Positions 1 to 13,625 of a DNA stretch of 64,000 nt are shown here, piece by piece. A program made the translations under genes and the position numbers. The stretch is from Octopus vulgaris (Eukaryota): contig OX597830.1 of NCBI GenBank assembly GCA_951406725.2, positions 59,768,001-59,832,000 of the forward strand, written 5' to 3'. The first letter of the stretch is position 1; each line of letters starts with the position of its first letter. Under the pieces are notes generated by a model that saw only the letters and a list, made by a program, of their open reading frames with translations, made no database searches and was not told the origin of the DNA.

Positions 1-73
1 GAGGAGAATGAAAGAATAAATGGATTTCGCCATTACCATTTCTATTTAACTGTCGGAAGATATAACTTTAACG

Positions 74-867
74 GCGGCGAGGAGCTGCCAGAGTGGTTAG
101 CACGCTGGGCGAAATGCGTAGCCGTATGTCTTCTGCCGTTACGTTCTGAGTTCAAATTCCGCCGAGGTCGACTTTGCCTTTCATCCTTTCGGGGTCGATT
201 AAATAAGTACCAGTTACGCACTGGGGTCGATGTAATCGACTTAATCCGTTTGTCTGTACTTGTTTGTCCCCTCTGTGTTTAGCCCCTTGTGGGTAGTAAA
301 GAAATAGGTATTTCGTCTGCCGTTACGTTCTGACTTCAAATTCCGCCGAGGTCGACTTTGCCTTTCATCCTTTCGGGGTCGATTAAATAAGTACCAGTTA
401 CGCACTGGGATCGATATAATCGACTTTATCCGTTTGTCTGTACTTGTTTGTCCCCTCTGTGTTTAGCCCCTTGTGGGTAATAAAGAAATGGGTATTTCGT
501 CTGCCGTTACGTTCTAAGTTCAAATTCCGCCGAGGTCTACTTTGCCTTTCATCCTTTCGGGGTCGATTAAATAAGTACCAGTTACGTACTGGGGTCGATA
601 TAATCGACTTTATCCGTTTGTCTGTCCTTGTTTGTCCTCTCTGTGTTTAGCCCCTTGTGGGTAGTAAAGAAATAGGTATTTCGTCTGCGGTTACGTTCTG
701 AGTTCAAATTCCGCCGATGTCGACTTTCATCGATGTCGACTTTCATCCTTTCGGAGTCACTAAATTAAGTACCAGTTACGCACTGGGGTCGATATAATCG
801 ACTTAATACCTATGTCTGTCCTTGTTTGTCCCCTCTGTGTTTAGCCCCTTGTGGGTAGTAAAGAAAT
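74..867 (+). mobile_element. tRNA-derived SINE family A, head-to-tail tetramer (one full head + 184-bp units)
   Basis: A-box-like head (agctgccagagtggttagc), B-box gttcaaattcc in every unit, unit junctions at 307, 491 and 675 (184-bp spacing); 16-bp TSD agatataactttaacg at 58-73 and 868-883. Confidence 0.9.
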
Positions 868-883
868 AGATATAACTTTAACG

Positions 884-1337
884 TGTTAGTCATTGAATGG
901 TGGCCATACTGGGGCACTGTCTTCAAGGGTTTTAGTCCAGGGGTTCTCAACTATTTTTTTTTTTTTATCTATGAACCTATTTTATTCTGGTGGACCTCCA
1001 TTGTCATTCGATGGTTAAGAACTAGTTTTATTGAAACCATTTTCGAAATTCCTATTTTGTTTTTCACACGTTAACTTGTGTAGGTTGAACAACGTAAAAT
1101 GATGGAGAAAGGAAACAATACATATCAATACATACACCCAGAGCAAACTTTTTTCAGGAGCCCTTAAAATACTCTTGTGGATCTCCACTTTACTATTTTG
1201 TTGCATAGACCCCCTTATATGAACCCTCAGGAGCCATATGGATCCCTGTTGAGACCCACTGGTTTAGTCAAACAAACCGACCCCATCAACCACCTCATTT
1301 TTTAGACTAGTTTTTATCCTATCTCGCACACATAGAA

Positions 1338-1372
<35 letters not shown>

Positions 1373-1545
1373 CACGTACGATGGGCTTCCACACAGTTCC
1401 CGTCTACCAAATTCACTCACAGGACATTCATTGGTCGGCCCAGAACTATCGTAAAAGACACTAGCGAAAGATGCCACTCAGTGGAAATGAAGGCGACACC
1501 ACGTGGTTGTACAGAGAGTTTTTTTTAATCACCCAGCCGTACTTG
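884..1545 (-). mobile_element. Old SINE family B copy interrupted by a hAT MITE
   Basis: Similar to family B tail (ggccatactggggcac) and body (cgtctaccaaattcactcac); split at 938-1261 by the MITE. Confidence 0.7.
938..1261. mobile_element. hAT (Charlie-like) MITE
   Basis: TIRs caggggttctcaac / gttgagacccactg; 8-bp TSD ttttagtc (930-937) / gtttagtc (1262-1269). Confidence 0.8.
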
Positions 1546-2109
1546 TGCTTAGACAGCATAGTTTCTTGCAGAAAGTGCCAAGATAAGCCAGCGTCTTATT
1601 CCACTAAACCCTATAAAATAACAAGTGGGGGTAAAACAGTGACCTTAAGGAGAAAACGATCATTTCCGTTTGATTCACTTCTGTGCTGGGCTTCTTTTTT
1701 TTTTTTTGCTTTTAATTTTCTGTACAGATGTAGTTTCGAATGTTAATTACGAAAATCACTTTTATTTATTTAATTTTGTTGCTTTTTTGTTGTTTTTTGT
1801 TTTGTTTTTGAGAAATTAATGATAAAAAGCTTAGGAACCTTTAAAGATTGAAATTTTGCTAATTTTGATGAAAAAAGTTTAATGAAGGAAAATGAAAATG
1901 TTATACAACTTTTAGAGAATGAAAAAAAATATGTAATGAAAGACAAAGAAATGAAAGAAAACATTAAGAAAGGAAGGGATAAAGGTAGGAAGGAAAGAAT
2001 AAGAAATACATTAAAGAGGAAAGAAAGAAAGAAATGTATTTTAAAAGGAAGAAATAAAGAATGAAAAAAAAAGCACAGAAAAGAGTCGAAAAGTGTGAGA
2101 TAAAATAAA

Positions 2110-2114
2110 GAGGA

Positions 2115-2158
<44 letters not shown>

Positions 2159-2184
2159 GAGAAAGAAAGAAAGACAGAAAGAAA
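2110..2184 (+). repeat. (GAAA)n microsatellite in a purine-rich tract
   Basis: Direct reading. Confidence 0.9.
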
Positions 2185-2741
2185 TGTATCTTAAAAGGAA
2201 GAAAAAAAGAATAGAGGAAAGAAAATGGCAAAAAATGTTTCTGAAAATAGAAAACAACCATTTTCATCATTTTTCATCATTTCTCCCTCTTTCGTTTTTT
2301 TAATTTATTCTTTTTTCTTCTTTTCTATCCTTCAATCTCTCTTATCTGCCTTTCTTCCTTTCTTTCTTTCTTCTCTGTTTATTTATTTTGCCCCCCTCCT
2401 CCCGTTACATATAATCTGAAACTTGAAGGGTTACAGCATGGCCAGGTAGTTAAGAAGTTCACTTTCCCTGTCATAAAATGCACGGTTTCAATCCCAGTGC
2501 GTGACGTCCTAGGATCTGTTGGCTAGAAACTATGCAGTACCCTGTCGGATGGATTATACCTGCAATTTAAAGGCCGAGTCTTGTTACACACTATCTATGC
2601 TGATTCCGCCTGAGAATTTCGTAAAGGATACACTTGACTTTGGAACACTCAGCCATTTACATTGTAATTCAATAAGTCGGTAGATACGTTGCTTCAACAA
2701 GTAAATACTCATCGTCCGAATCGACAAAGATCCATTTACCA

Positions 2742-2940
2742 GAGAGGACAAACAAGGTCAGACAAACGGATAAAGTCGATTATATCGATCCCAGTGCGTA
2801 ACTGGTACTTATTTAATCGATCCCGAAAGGATGAAAGGTAAAGTCGACCTCGGCGGAATTTGAACTTAGAACGTAACGGCAGACGAAATACGGCTACGCA
2901 TTTCGCCCGGCCTGCTAACGTTTCTGCCAGCTCGCCGCCT
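2742..2940 (-). mobile_element. SINE family A monomer
   Basis: Reverse complement of family A (aaagtcgacctcggcggaatttgaact...ctgccagctcgccgcc). Confidence 0.85.
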
Positions 2941-3029
2941 TCCGTTTACCTACGATTTTGCTTGTCTGAAGCAGCTGAAATACATTATTACAGTAACAGT
3001 TATTGTCATCCAAGTACCGTGGTCTCGTT

Positions 3030-3412
3030 CTCTTTCACTTGTTTTAGTCATTGGACTGTGGCCATGCTGAAGCACCACCTTGAAGGGTTTTAGTCGAATA
3101 AATCGTTCGCAGTACGTATTTTTTTCTAAAGTCTGATACTTATACTATCGGTTTCTTTTCTCGAACCACTAAGTTACAGGGATGTATACGAACCAACATC
3201 AGTTGTCAAGTGGTGGTATGGCACACAAGCACGAAGGCACACGCGCACACGCACACACACACACGACGGGCTTCTTTCAGCTTCCGTCTATCAAATCCAC
3301 TACAAGGCTTTGGTCAACCCAGGCTATAGTAAAAGACAATTGCCCGAGGTGCCACCACGCTTGGGACTAAACCCAAAACCACTTGGTTAGGAAACAAGCT
3401 TCTTAACCACAA
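3030..3412 (-). mobile_element. SINE family B (CORE-like) copy
   Basis: Tail, internal CA microsatellite and tRNA-like head in reverse orientation. Confidence 0.8.
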
Positions 3413-4892
3413 AATAAACGTATCTGTTTTCTTACTCGCGACATATTTTAGAGCAATAAAAACAATGTGGTTCACTTTATGTGTTTAAATTGAACAACTG
3501 TATTAAAAAATTGTAAATAATTTAGACTGCAGCAAATTATTAAATACTGACTTGTTTATTCAATGAATTTAGCATAATTGTAAAGAATTTTATATTAAAA
3601 TTTTCAGTTTGTATGTGAAAATACAAACTGAAAACTTTTTTTAATTAAAATTATATTTTACAAATATATAATTTCCTTGCATCGGCAACCTACCTAGCCA
3701 CATGCAACGGAACACAGTCTACTTGTGGCATACCATTTTCATGTACATTTGAAGTACAGCCCTAGTATATTGTCTTGTACTTATTTTTCTCGCCCCTTTC
3801 GTTTTTTAGGGGTCGATAAATAAAAGTACCAGTCAAGTACGGAGATCGATGGTATCCACTCCCTTTTCTCAAATTAGCTGTTCTAGGACCTTAACCAGAA
3901 ACTATCATTCTACTGGTTTCTGTCGTTAGATTACAGCCATGCTGGTGCGCCTCCTTCATAGGTTTTAGTTGATCAAATCGACCCCGTCTACTGTTTATCT
4001 TATGAGACTCTATCGATGAATGATTAAATTCAGACGCAGCGGGATTTGAACGTAATGTAAACCTGCAAAATACTAAAGGCAGCGAACTGGCAGAATCGTT
4101 AGCGCGCCGGGCAAAATGCTTTGAAGCATTTCGTCCGTTTTACGCTCTGAGTTCAAATTCCGTCGAGGTCGACTTTGCCTTTTATCCTTTTGAGCTCGAT
4201 AGAATAAGTACCAGTTGAGTACTAGGGCCGAAGTAATCGACTTTACCACCACCACCACCACCACCCTATATTGCTAGCCTTGTACCATAATATGAAACCA
4301 ATATTGCAGAACACTCATTCCAAGGTTCCTAGCAGGATCAATGAGGAGGGAAGCCTTTATTTGGCCGCTCAACATACTGGAAATATCTACCAAATCTCCC
4401 TCAGAAGCACATACTACAATCTTTAAAAAAGAAAGACGCATTAGATAATGTAATCCCAGAGATAGTGTCTGAACAAAAGAATAAAAAAGAAAAAGAAAAA
4501 GAAAGCTCTAAGATTACACTGAGGTGACTTTTTATTTGGAATACGTCCAGCCTAGGGTTGATGAACCATTGCTGCAGTTGCAGCAGCAATAACGATAGCA
4601 GCATCAGCAACAGTAGTAGTTTTTATCGCAGGATAATATCTTACAAAATATCAATTAATCTCTAGCTGGTGAAGCTCACGCATTTGTGTGTGTGCGTGTG
4701 TGTGTGTGTGCGTGTGTGTGTGTGTGCGTTTTGGGGGCAGGGGAGAAGTAATCAATCTTATTGACTCAGTATTGATTGGTTCCCATCTTATTGACTATGG
4801 AATTATCAAAGTCAAAGTTGAATTCAGCGTTATTTGAACTCAGTTTTTAAAATAATCTTTTCTACTCTAGGCATAAGGTCTCACTATGCAGC

Positions 4893-5205
4893 TGGTACTT
4901 AATTTATCGACCCCGAAAGGATGAAAGGCAAAGTCGACCTCGGAGGAATTTGAACTCAGAGCGTTAAGACAGACGAAATACCTATTTCTTTACTACCCTC
5001 AAGGGGCTAAACACAGAGAGGACAAACAAGGAAAGACAAACGGATTAAGTCGATTACATCGACCCCAGTGCGTAACTGGTACTTAATTTATCGACCCCGA
5101 AAGGATGAAAGGCAAAGTCGACCTCGGCGGAATTTGAACTCAGAAAGTAACGGCAGACGAAATACCGCTAAGCATTTCGCCCGGCGCGCTAACCACTCTG
5201 CCAGC
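4893..5205 (-). mobile_element. SINE family A dimer (second unit truncated)
   Basis: Same junction as the + strand arrays, seen as gaaatacctatttc at 4975-4988. Confidence 0.85.
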
Positions 5206-5249
5206 CCCTCGCTGCCTTTCAGATCTTGAAACAATGCAACTGAATACTG

Positions 5250-5760
5250 CAAGACATTTTAATCCGGCATTTCAATGTTTTTACCACAAGGATGAAGATT
5301 AATGATTTATAACATCGATATAAGTCATTTTAATCCTGCACTTCAATGCTTTCAGCCCAGGAATAATGATTTATAACAAAGACATGACATTTTATCCGGT
5401 ACTCCACTGCCTTCATCAGAAGAATAATGATTTATAGCAAAGACGCAAATATTTCTAATCCGGCAATTCGCTGTCTCCACCTTAACAATAACAATTCATA
5501 ACGTAGATTCAATGTATTTTAATCCGGCATTTCACTTCCTTCACCACTACAATGATAATCTATATTAACAAAAAACAATACTTTTTAACCCGGCACGTCA
5601 CTGTCCACCACTTGAAAACTGACATAACCTAGACTTAAGGATGTTATAGTCCAGCAGTGTATTGACTTCACCGGAAGTCAATGCACTGCCGGATTATAAA
5701 ATAGATATAAGATATTCTAATTCGGCACTTCACATCCTGTGACAAAAATAACAATTATTT
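5250..5760. repeat. Degenerate ~60-70-bp minisatellite (about 8 units) with one inverted unit
   Basis: Recurrent core ttttaatccggcanttca followed by aataatgatttataac; 26-bp hairpin at 5644-5699. Confidence 0.75.
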
Positions 5761-6755
5761 CTAATACATACACAACTGCGTTGGGAGGCAACAGTCTACT
5801 GTATCGATCTCGGTATTTCATTGTTATTTCAGTTATCGATCTTGGAAAGATCAAAGGCAAAATTGACCTCAATAGGATTTAAACTTCAAATCTAAAGGGA
5901 TGTGATTATATAGGCTTGGGCATTTCAGTCCGCCGTTCTAACGTTTCTGCCACCCCCAATCTACCTACCTTCACCGTCGTAATTATTAACAATATTCTAA
6001 TTAGTAACAGCATTAGTAACGTGATAATTATTTTGACTCCAATGCATGGTTTTTCTTCTGTGGGTGATTAATTTAATCAACTAGTTTATATCTTCGAATT
6101 CGACTATGAAAAATAGGAGTCGATAAAATGGGTAGGGGTGCATTTAGTCTTTCAACTTGAACGAAAAGTAGTAAAATTGTACTAGCTGTATGAGTAGTCG
6201 ATACAAATACAGCCATTATATTATGGCTGTATAGAATATTTTTTTTTATCTATCATCTATCGTCCGGACAATACATATATAGGTACACATATGTAAGTAT
6301 GAAAATACAATAATACATATGTACGTTCTAACGTAGGAATGTATGTATGTATGTATGTTCTATTCTAGTTTTAATTATTTAACATTTTCATGTAAAGAAA
6401 GAAATGATTTCTACCAAAAATACAAAGCTGCATCGTTGGAATGCAGATAACAAAAGAAATTAATATTTTATATTTGAGAAAATCTTACATATTTTTACTG
6501 TTCCACTTATAGTTTGTATTTGTAATGTGCGGGCTAACTGGTTGATTCTTTTTCTGAAAATCTTAGTTTATTCAAATTGTCACTGAGACATTTACTGACA
6601 AAAGCAAGTGCTCCAAGCATTATAGGTATAAATGTAAATTAATATACAAATAATAATTGTCTGGATATAAGTAGCTGGAGGTTTCGAAGTAGCAGTTCGT
6701 AGTTATACAGTTTCACTTTGATTTTCGAAGGGATATATTCACTATTCACACCAGC

Positions 6756-6759
<4 letters not shown>

Positions 6760-6788
<29 letters not shown>

Positions 6789-6990
6789 TGTTTGTATGTA
6801 TGTATGTATGTATGTTGTATGTATGTATGTATGTATGTATGTATGTATGTATGTATGTATGTATGTATGTATGTATGCATGTATGTATGTATGTATGCAT
6901 GTATGTATGTATGTATGTATGCATGTATGTATGTATGTATGTATGTATGCATGTATGTATGTATGTACGTATGTTTGTATGTATGTATGT
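6760..6990 (+). repeat. (TATG)n microsatellite
   Basis: Direct reading; source of the MYVC/HTYI pseudo-ORFs. Confidence 0.95.
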
Positions 6991-7105
6991 ATAAGTACTA
7001 GGCTCAAGAAATAAGTCGTGGTATCGATTTGTTCGACTAAAACCTTTAAGGCGGTGCTTCAACATGACTGCAGTTAAATGATTGAAACAAGTAAAAGAAT
7101 AAAAG

Positions 7106-7158
<53 letters not shown>

Positions 7159-8293
7159 TTATTTATATATATTTATATATATCAGACAACCTTGGGGATT
7201 CTACATAATGTTATCTTTCAAACCGAACAGCTATATAACAGCGATGCAGAGCAAAAAAGGAAAAAATGGAAAGGAACAAGAAAGTGTAGACAAACAAACC
7301 TGAACCCGGGGTTGCGCGATAAACAAGGTCCTTAGCTTTCCCACCTTACGCATTCTGAATAAGTTTCGTTATTTTATTTTATTCAATTTTCTTAATGTCT
7401 GTTGTGGATGTACATTGGTGCACATCAATGTCACTAATTTAGCTGTCGCTGGTGGTGCATAATAGGGGAGTAACATAATAAAGAGGTGACATAATGACAG
7501 AGTGACACTTAAAGAAATACACACATATGGAGAAAGACTGACAGTGAAAATGTTACAATAAACATCTTTGTAGAAAAAAATATATATATGCATAAAAACA
7601 ACGAGTTCATAAATGTATGGAAATAAAAATAGAAAATAGGAAAACGATACGAGAAAATTAAAACGTTTCGTGTAACACTTTTGCCCCAAAAAGTTGTCAA
7701 AGATTTTAACGTGACATAATGGGAATGGTGACACTTTAAGAAATAGACAAACATTTAAAAGGAATGAAAGATTTCATTTTATGTAGTTGCTTGTTTGTTT
7801 TTTTACCAATTTTAAAGGGAATATTAACTTCAAGATTTAATAGGAGCAACCCAGAATTTGAAGGAACAATTGCTAGAGTAAATAAAAATTGCGACAAGCA
7901 TAATACATGGTGGACACTGAACAGGATGTAGCAATTTCCGAGAGTGAAAACAACGACGACATCTGTAACGAAAGCTGGCACGGATTGATTCCAGAGAAAG
8001 TGAAGGAGAGCGAAGAAGAATTTATTGGTTGTTTTACGATGCTGATTATTTTAGAATTCAATTTAAACACATAGGCTGTGTGTAAAGATCCTTATAAATG
8101 GCGTGTTAAAAATATTCAGTTGAAGATGCTGAATCTGTCTGTCTGTCACTTTCTCTCTCCCTCTCTCTCCCCCCTCTCTCTATACACGCATATATACATA
8201 CATACGTGCATGCATGCATACATACATACATACATACATACATTGCATACAGATACACAGACAGAGACACACACATATATCGAGCCTCTGTCA

Positions 8294-8327
<34 letters not shown>

Positions 8328-8423
8328 AGTATGTATGCATATGTATATATATACACATACACATGTATGTACGTACGTATGTATATATGTATGTACACAC
8401 ACACACACATATATATATATAAA

Positions 8424-8802
8424 CTAGCAGTATCGCCCGGCGTTGCTCAGGTTTGTAAGGGAAATAACTATAAAGCATTTTTAGAGAGTTATAGCCAAAA
8501 AATAGCAAAAAAATGGAAAAAAAATTATGGTAAATTTTTTTTGAGAGTAAAAAAGGTTGAGTTGCGTCCCCTAGACAGTCTGTGGTTTGTTTTTTTTGAT
8601 TCTCGACCCCATGTCGAATTTATCGATTTTTTTCAGAACTGGGGTTAACTTTTCAAAATTTTCGCTGCGTTAGTTTTGAATTATGACATTGGGCTATGTG
8701 TGTGTCAAGTTTCATCAGAATCGGTTGAAAGCCGTGGTCAGGGTGAGGGTCCGAGAAAACAGACACACAGAAACACGCACAGACAAACTGCCGTTTATAT
8801 AT

Positions 8803-8805
<3 letters not shown>
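8424..8805 (-). mobile_element. Non-autonomous Helitron
   Basis: On the - strand: 5' TC(TATATATAAA), 3' subterminal hairpin (cctgagcaacgccggg) then CTAG; sits between A and T inside a TA tract; no TSD. Confidence 0.75.
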
Positions 8806-8843
<38 letters not shown>

Positions 8844-9118
8844 TATATATACATATATATATTTGCGTGTGTTCGTTTATAATTTTTATATAAATCGAAA
8901 TGGATAGAAGAATATCTTTAGCGGCAGAATCGAACGCAGGCCCATGAAAAGAGTTGACAATGGGGAGATATTAGGGATAGAAAATATCTAGGTTTTACTG
9001 GAGGTTAAACAATATTCTAATTCTGAATTAAACGCGTAGAGAGTGTTTCTACTGAAACGTCAATAGAAAAATGTGAGCAGCAGCAGCAGCAGCAGCAGTA
9101 GTAGCAGCAGCAGTAGAG

Positions 9119-9150
<32 letters not shown>

Positions 9151-10018
9151 TGTAGTAGTAGTAGTAGTATATATTGATATATACAATGCCTGCAAATAAT
9201 ATTATTTTAGTTATAAATACTCCATCTTCAATATCAGTTACGACGCCACTCTGAGTTGTGATGGAGAGTGTAACAATATTGCGTGTGTATGTGTGTGTGC
9301 ATGTGTGTGTGAGAGAGAGAGTATATGTGTGTGTGTGCACGCGCGCGCGTTTGTGCGCATGTGTGTACAAAATATATGCAGGCTTGGTTGTGCGATAAGA
9401 AGTTTACTTCTTTGCTTCCCAATCGGTCGGTTACCGGTTCAGTTCCACTGTGTAATACATTGAGCTGGCGTCTTCTGCTGTAACCCTGGGACCGACCGAA
9501 ACTTTATGAGTGGATTTGTTAGACTAAAACTGAAAGGAGCCCGTCGTAATATCTACATCTACACATACACACATGAGTGCGTATATATCTTATGCAGTTA
9601 GTCCCCACCACTGCTTGGCAGCAGCATTGGTTTGTGTAAATCTCTGTAACCTGGTGGTTCAGGAAAACAGACCGTAGAATAAGTGCTAGGCTTTTAAAAA
9701 TAATTACTGGGGCGATTCGTTTGACTAAAAACTTCTCAATGCGGTGTCCCAGTTTAATGACTGAAACAAGCAGAAGATAAAACATCCATACATACATATT
9801 ATGTATATAATGTTTGTCCCTCCACCATCGCTTGACAACCGACGTTGGTGTATTTACTTCCCCGTAACTTAGCGGTTCGGCAAAAGATACCGTTAGAATT
9901 AGTACTAGGCTTACAGGGAATAAGTCCTGGGGACGATTAGTACGACTAAAGGTAGTGGTCCAGCATGGCTGCACTCAAATAACGGAAACAAGTAAAAGAA
10001 TAAAAGGATGAAAGAATA

Positions 10019-10073
<55 letters not shown>

Positions 10074-10109
10074 ATATATATAGAGATATACAAACATATA
10101 TATATATAT

Positions 10110-10156
<47 letters not shown>

Positions 10157-10187
10157 ATATAAATATATATATATACATATGTATATG

Positions 10188-10234
<47 letters not shown>

Positions 10235-10272
10235 ATATATATATATATATGTTTGTATATCTCTATATATAT

Positions 10273-10514
<242 letters not shown>

Positions 10515-10779
10515 AAATAATATATATATATTTATATATGCACATACATATATATATATACATACATACAAACACACACGTGTGTGTGTGTGTGTGCGTG
10601 TGTGTGTGTGTGTGTGTGCGTGTGTGCGTGCGTGCGTGCGTGTCATCCTACCAAATGAATCTTATGAAGGCGATGACATAAACAGGTTGAAAATATAAAT
10701 GTACCTTCTTTTCTTCTGCAGTAAGACATAAAATAAATAAATAATAAGCGAGCGAGAATGGGTGGCTGACTTTGTATGG

Positions 10780-10864
10780 CCAGTTTCCGGTTTCCTGTGC
10801 TGGAGTAATTTAAACTCGTAGTAGATTTGCAACTCTATTAAAGAAAAACGGGGTTCAGGTGAGT
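10780..10864 (+). promoter_or_regulatory. Candidate promoter / first non-coding exon ending at a consensus splice donor
   Basis: Tandem ETS-like sites tttccggtttcctg (10784-10797) in unique sequence; CAG|GTGAGT donor at 10859. Motif-only evidence. Confidence 0.3.
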
Positions 10865-11425
10865 GACTGACATAGTTTCGTTGTTTCGTCATAGCCCTTG
10901 CACGAAAGACAGGATATGAACGATATATTTAAAACGAGGTCAACAGGGAAAAGTCGTTAGATATCAAAGGGGGTGGTGTAGTAGCCATGGTGCGAAACGA
11001 AGAAAACATATAAATAAAAGGCGATAATCAACAAAATAATTTTCAAGTTAAGGAAAGGGGCCAAGTGGTATACTGTGTAATTTACTGAAACCATGAACCG
11101 AACTTTTCTGGTCGGCTGTTTTTCGCCTTTCAAATGCTTCAAATCAGTTTTAACCCAACTCGCTCGCTCTCGCTTTCTCTCTTTCTCTCTTCTCCTTCTC
11201 TGTCATTCTCCTCATTCCTCTCTCCCCTTATCCTTTCTTCTTTCCTTTTCTTTTTTGAATAATTTTTATTTGTTCATTAACAGCGCAAGGCCCCCTGCGG
11301 AGGTAGGAAATGCTAATTTAGATTGTGGCGGCTTCGTTTCTTTTAAAACTGTCTCTGATCTCTTATGTTTTGTTTTGCTTCTTGTGTTCTTCGCTCTTTT
11401 CTTCCTGGGCTGCTTGTTTATCTCT

Positions 11426-11484
<59 letters not shown>

Positions 11485-11761
11485 AGTTTGTAAAGTTCTA
11501 AAGTGTTTCGTAAGATCTTCCGCTAGGATTACGAATGGATATAGGGGTATATTTCGTGTTACTCGGTACTGAATGGTCGACCTATTTTTCTTTTTCTTTT
11601 CTTTCATATTATTTCTTTTTCTTTATGGTTGTTGTTGTGGTTGTTGTTGTTACTGAAGTACAAGCAGTTTTTGTAAAAAAGAAATAGGGACGAACAAAAG
11701 CTCCCATTTACTTTCGGGTCTGTTTTAATAATAACGATGATAATAATAATAGTGGTAGTAT

Positions 11762-11800
<39 letters not shown>

Positions 11801-12148
11801 ATATGTTTTTACTTGGACCAAGGGCATCCAAAGAAAGTAACGTAACTAGAGAAAAACAGACGAATCAAAGGCACACACACACACACACAAACCAAAAATG
11901 TTACATTGATTAGCAACAAACTACAAAAATACCGGTTACATAAAATCTATGAAAATTAATGAACCCCACCCCCACCTCTCACCCCTCCCGATAAAACTCG
12001 CAAAGGATGTAAATAACTCAGAAAGAGAATTGGTACGCAAGAGAGGGGAACAAACTAACTTCAGAGAGTGAAATAATTATTCTTTTTAATTTAAGCACGA
12101 ATTGTTAATTTTTTTCATTTTCAGATGAGGCTCTCGCATTGGCTGTGT

Positions 12149-12250
12149 GATTAACGTGATTTCAGGTTCGTGATTTCAGATTAACGTGATTTCAGGTTCG
12201 TGATTTCAGATTAACGTGATTTCAGGTTGCGGTCACGTGATTTCAGGTTC
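12149..12250 (+). repeat. 30-bp tandem repeat (about 2.7 copies) built from cgtgatttcag subunits
   Basis: gattaacgtgatttcaggttcgtgatttca repeated, inside a decayed SINE head. Confidence 0.85.
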
Positions 12251-12371
12251 GGACTGGCAACGCGACTCTTTGGGCGAGTTTCTTCAATGGATCTTCTAAT
12301 ATGGCTCAGGTTCATTCAATACTTTGTGAGAGAATTTGGAAGATGGAAGCCAGTCGCTTATACTCTTTTAC

Positions 12372-12843
<472 letters not shown>

Positions 12844-13399
12844 ATGTATGTATAAATTTAGTAAAATAAGGATTCGGATAGAATCAGGTACTTAAGACGA
12901 TATGTACTGGTTGTCAAGCGGTGGTGGGGGACAGACAGACAGATAGACACAGACACACACGAACACACACGCGCGCGCGCACACACAAAGGACGGGCTTC
13001 TTTCAGTTTCCGTCTACGAAATCCAGTCAGAAGGCTTTGATCGAGCCGAGGCTATAGCGGAAGACATGTATGCATGTATGTATGCTTGTATGTATGAATG
13101 GATGTATGTATGTGTGTGTGTTTATCTGTGATTGCGTTTATCTCCATCTGTAACATGTTTGTTCAACGCAGCCGTAACATCGGCCAAATAGAGAATATGG
13201 AATGAATAACTGGTTCTTAGAGCAAATACAAGGATCGATTTGATCGACTATCACTCATCAAGGTGGTGTCCCAACATATTCATTGTCTAACGACTGAAAC
13301 CAGTAGGAGAGAGAGGGGGAGGAGAGAGAGAACAAGAGCATATATACATATACAGACATACATTTTTATATATATATATGTATATCTATATATATATTA

Positions 13400-13625
13400 T
13401 TTCTTTACTACCCACAAGGGGCTACGCACAGAGGGGACAAACAAAGACAGACAAGCAGATTAAGTCGATTATATCGACCCCAGTGTGTAACTGGTACTTC
13501 TTTAATCGACCCCGAAAGGATGAAAGGCAAAGTCGACCTCGGCGGAATTTGAACTCAGAAACGTAGCGACAGATGAAATACTGCTAAGCATTTCGCCCGG
13601 TGTGCTAACGATTCTGCCAGCTCGC
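13400..13625 (-). mobile_element. SINE family A monomer
   Basis: Full reverse-complement match to family A. Confidence 0.85.

Noticed and set aside
74-867. CRISPR-like appearance of regularly spaced repeats (also 38729-38882 and 5250-5760)
   Set aside because: Units are contiguous with no unique spacers, no cas genes, eukaryotic context.
6182-6193. 12-nt match to the 3' half of miR-9 (ctagctgtatga)
   Set aside because: No seed match and no precursor hairpin.
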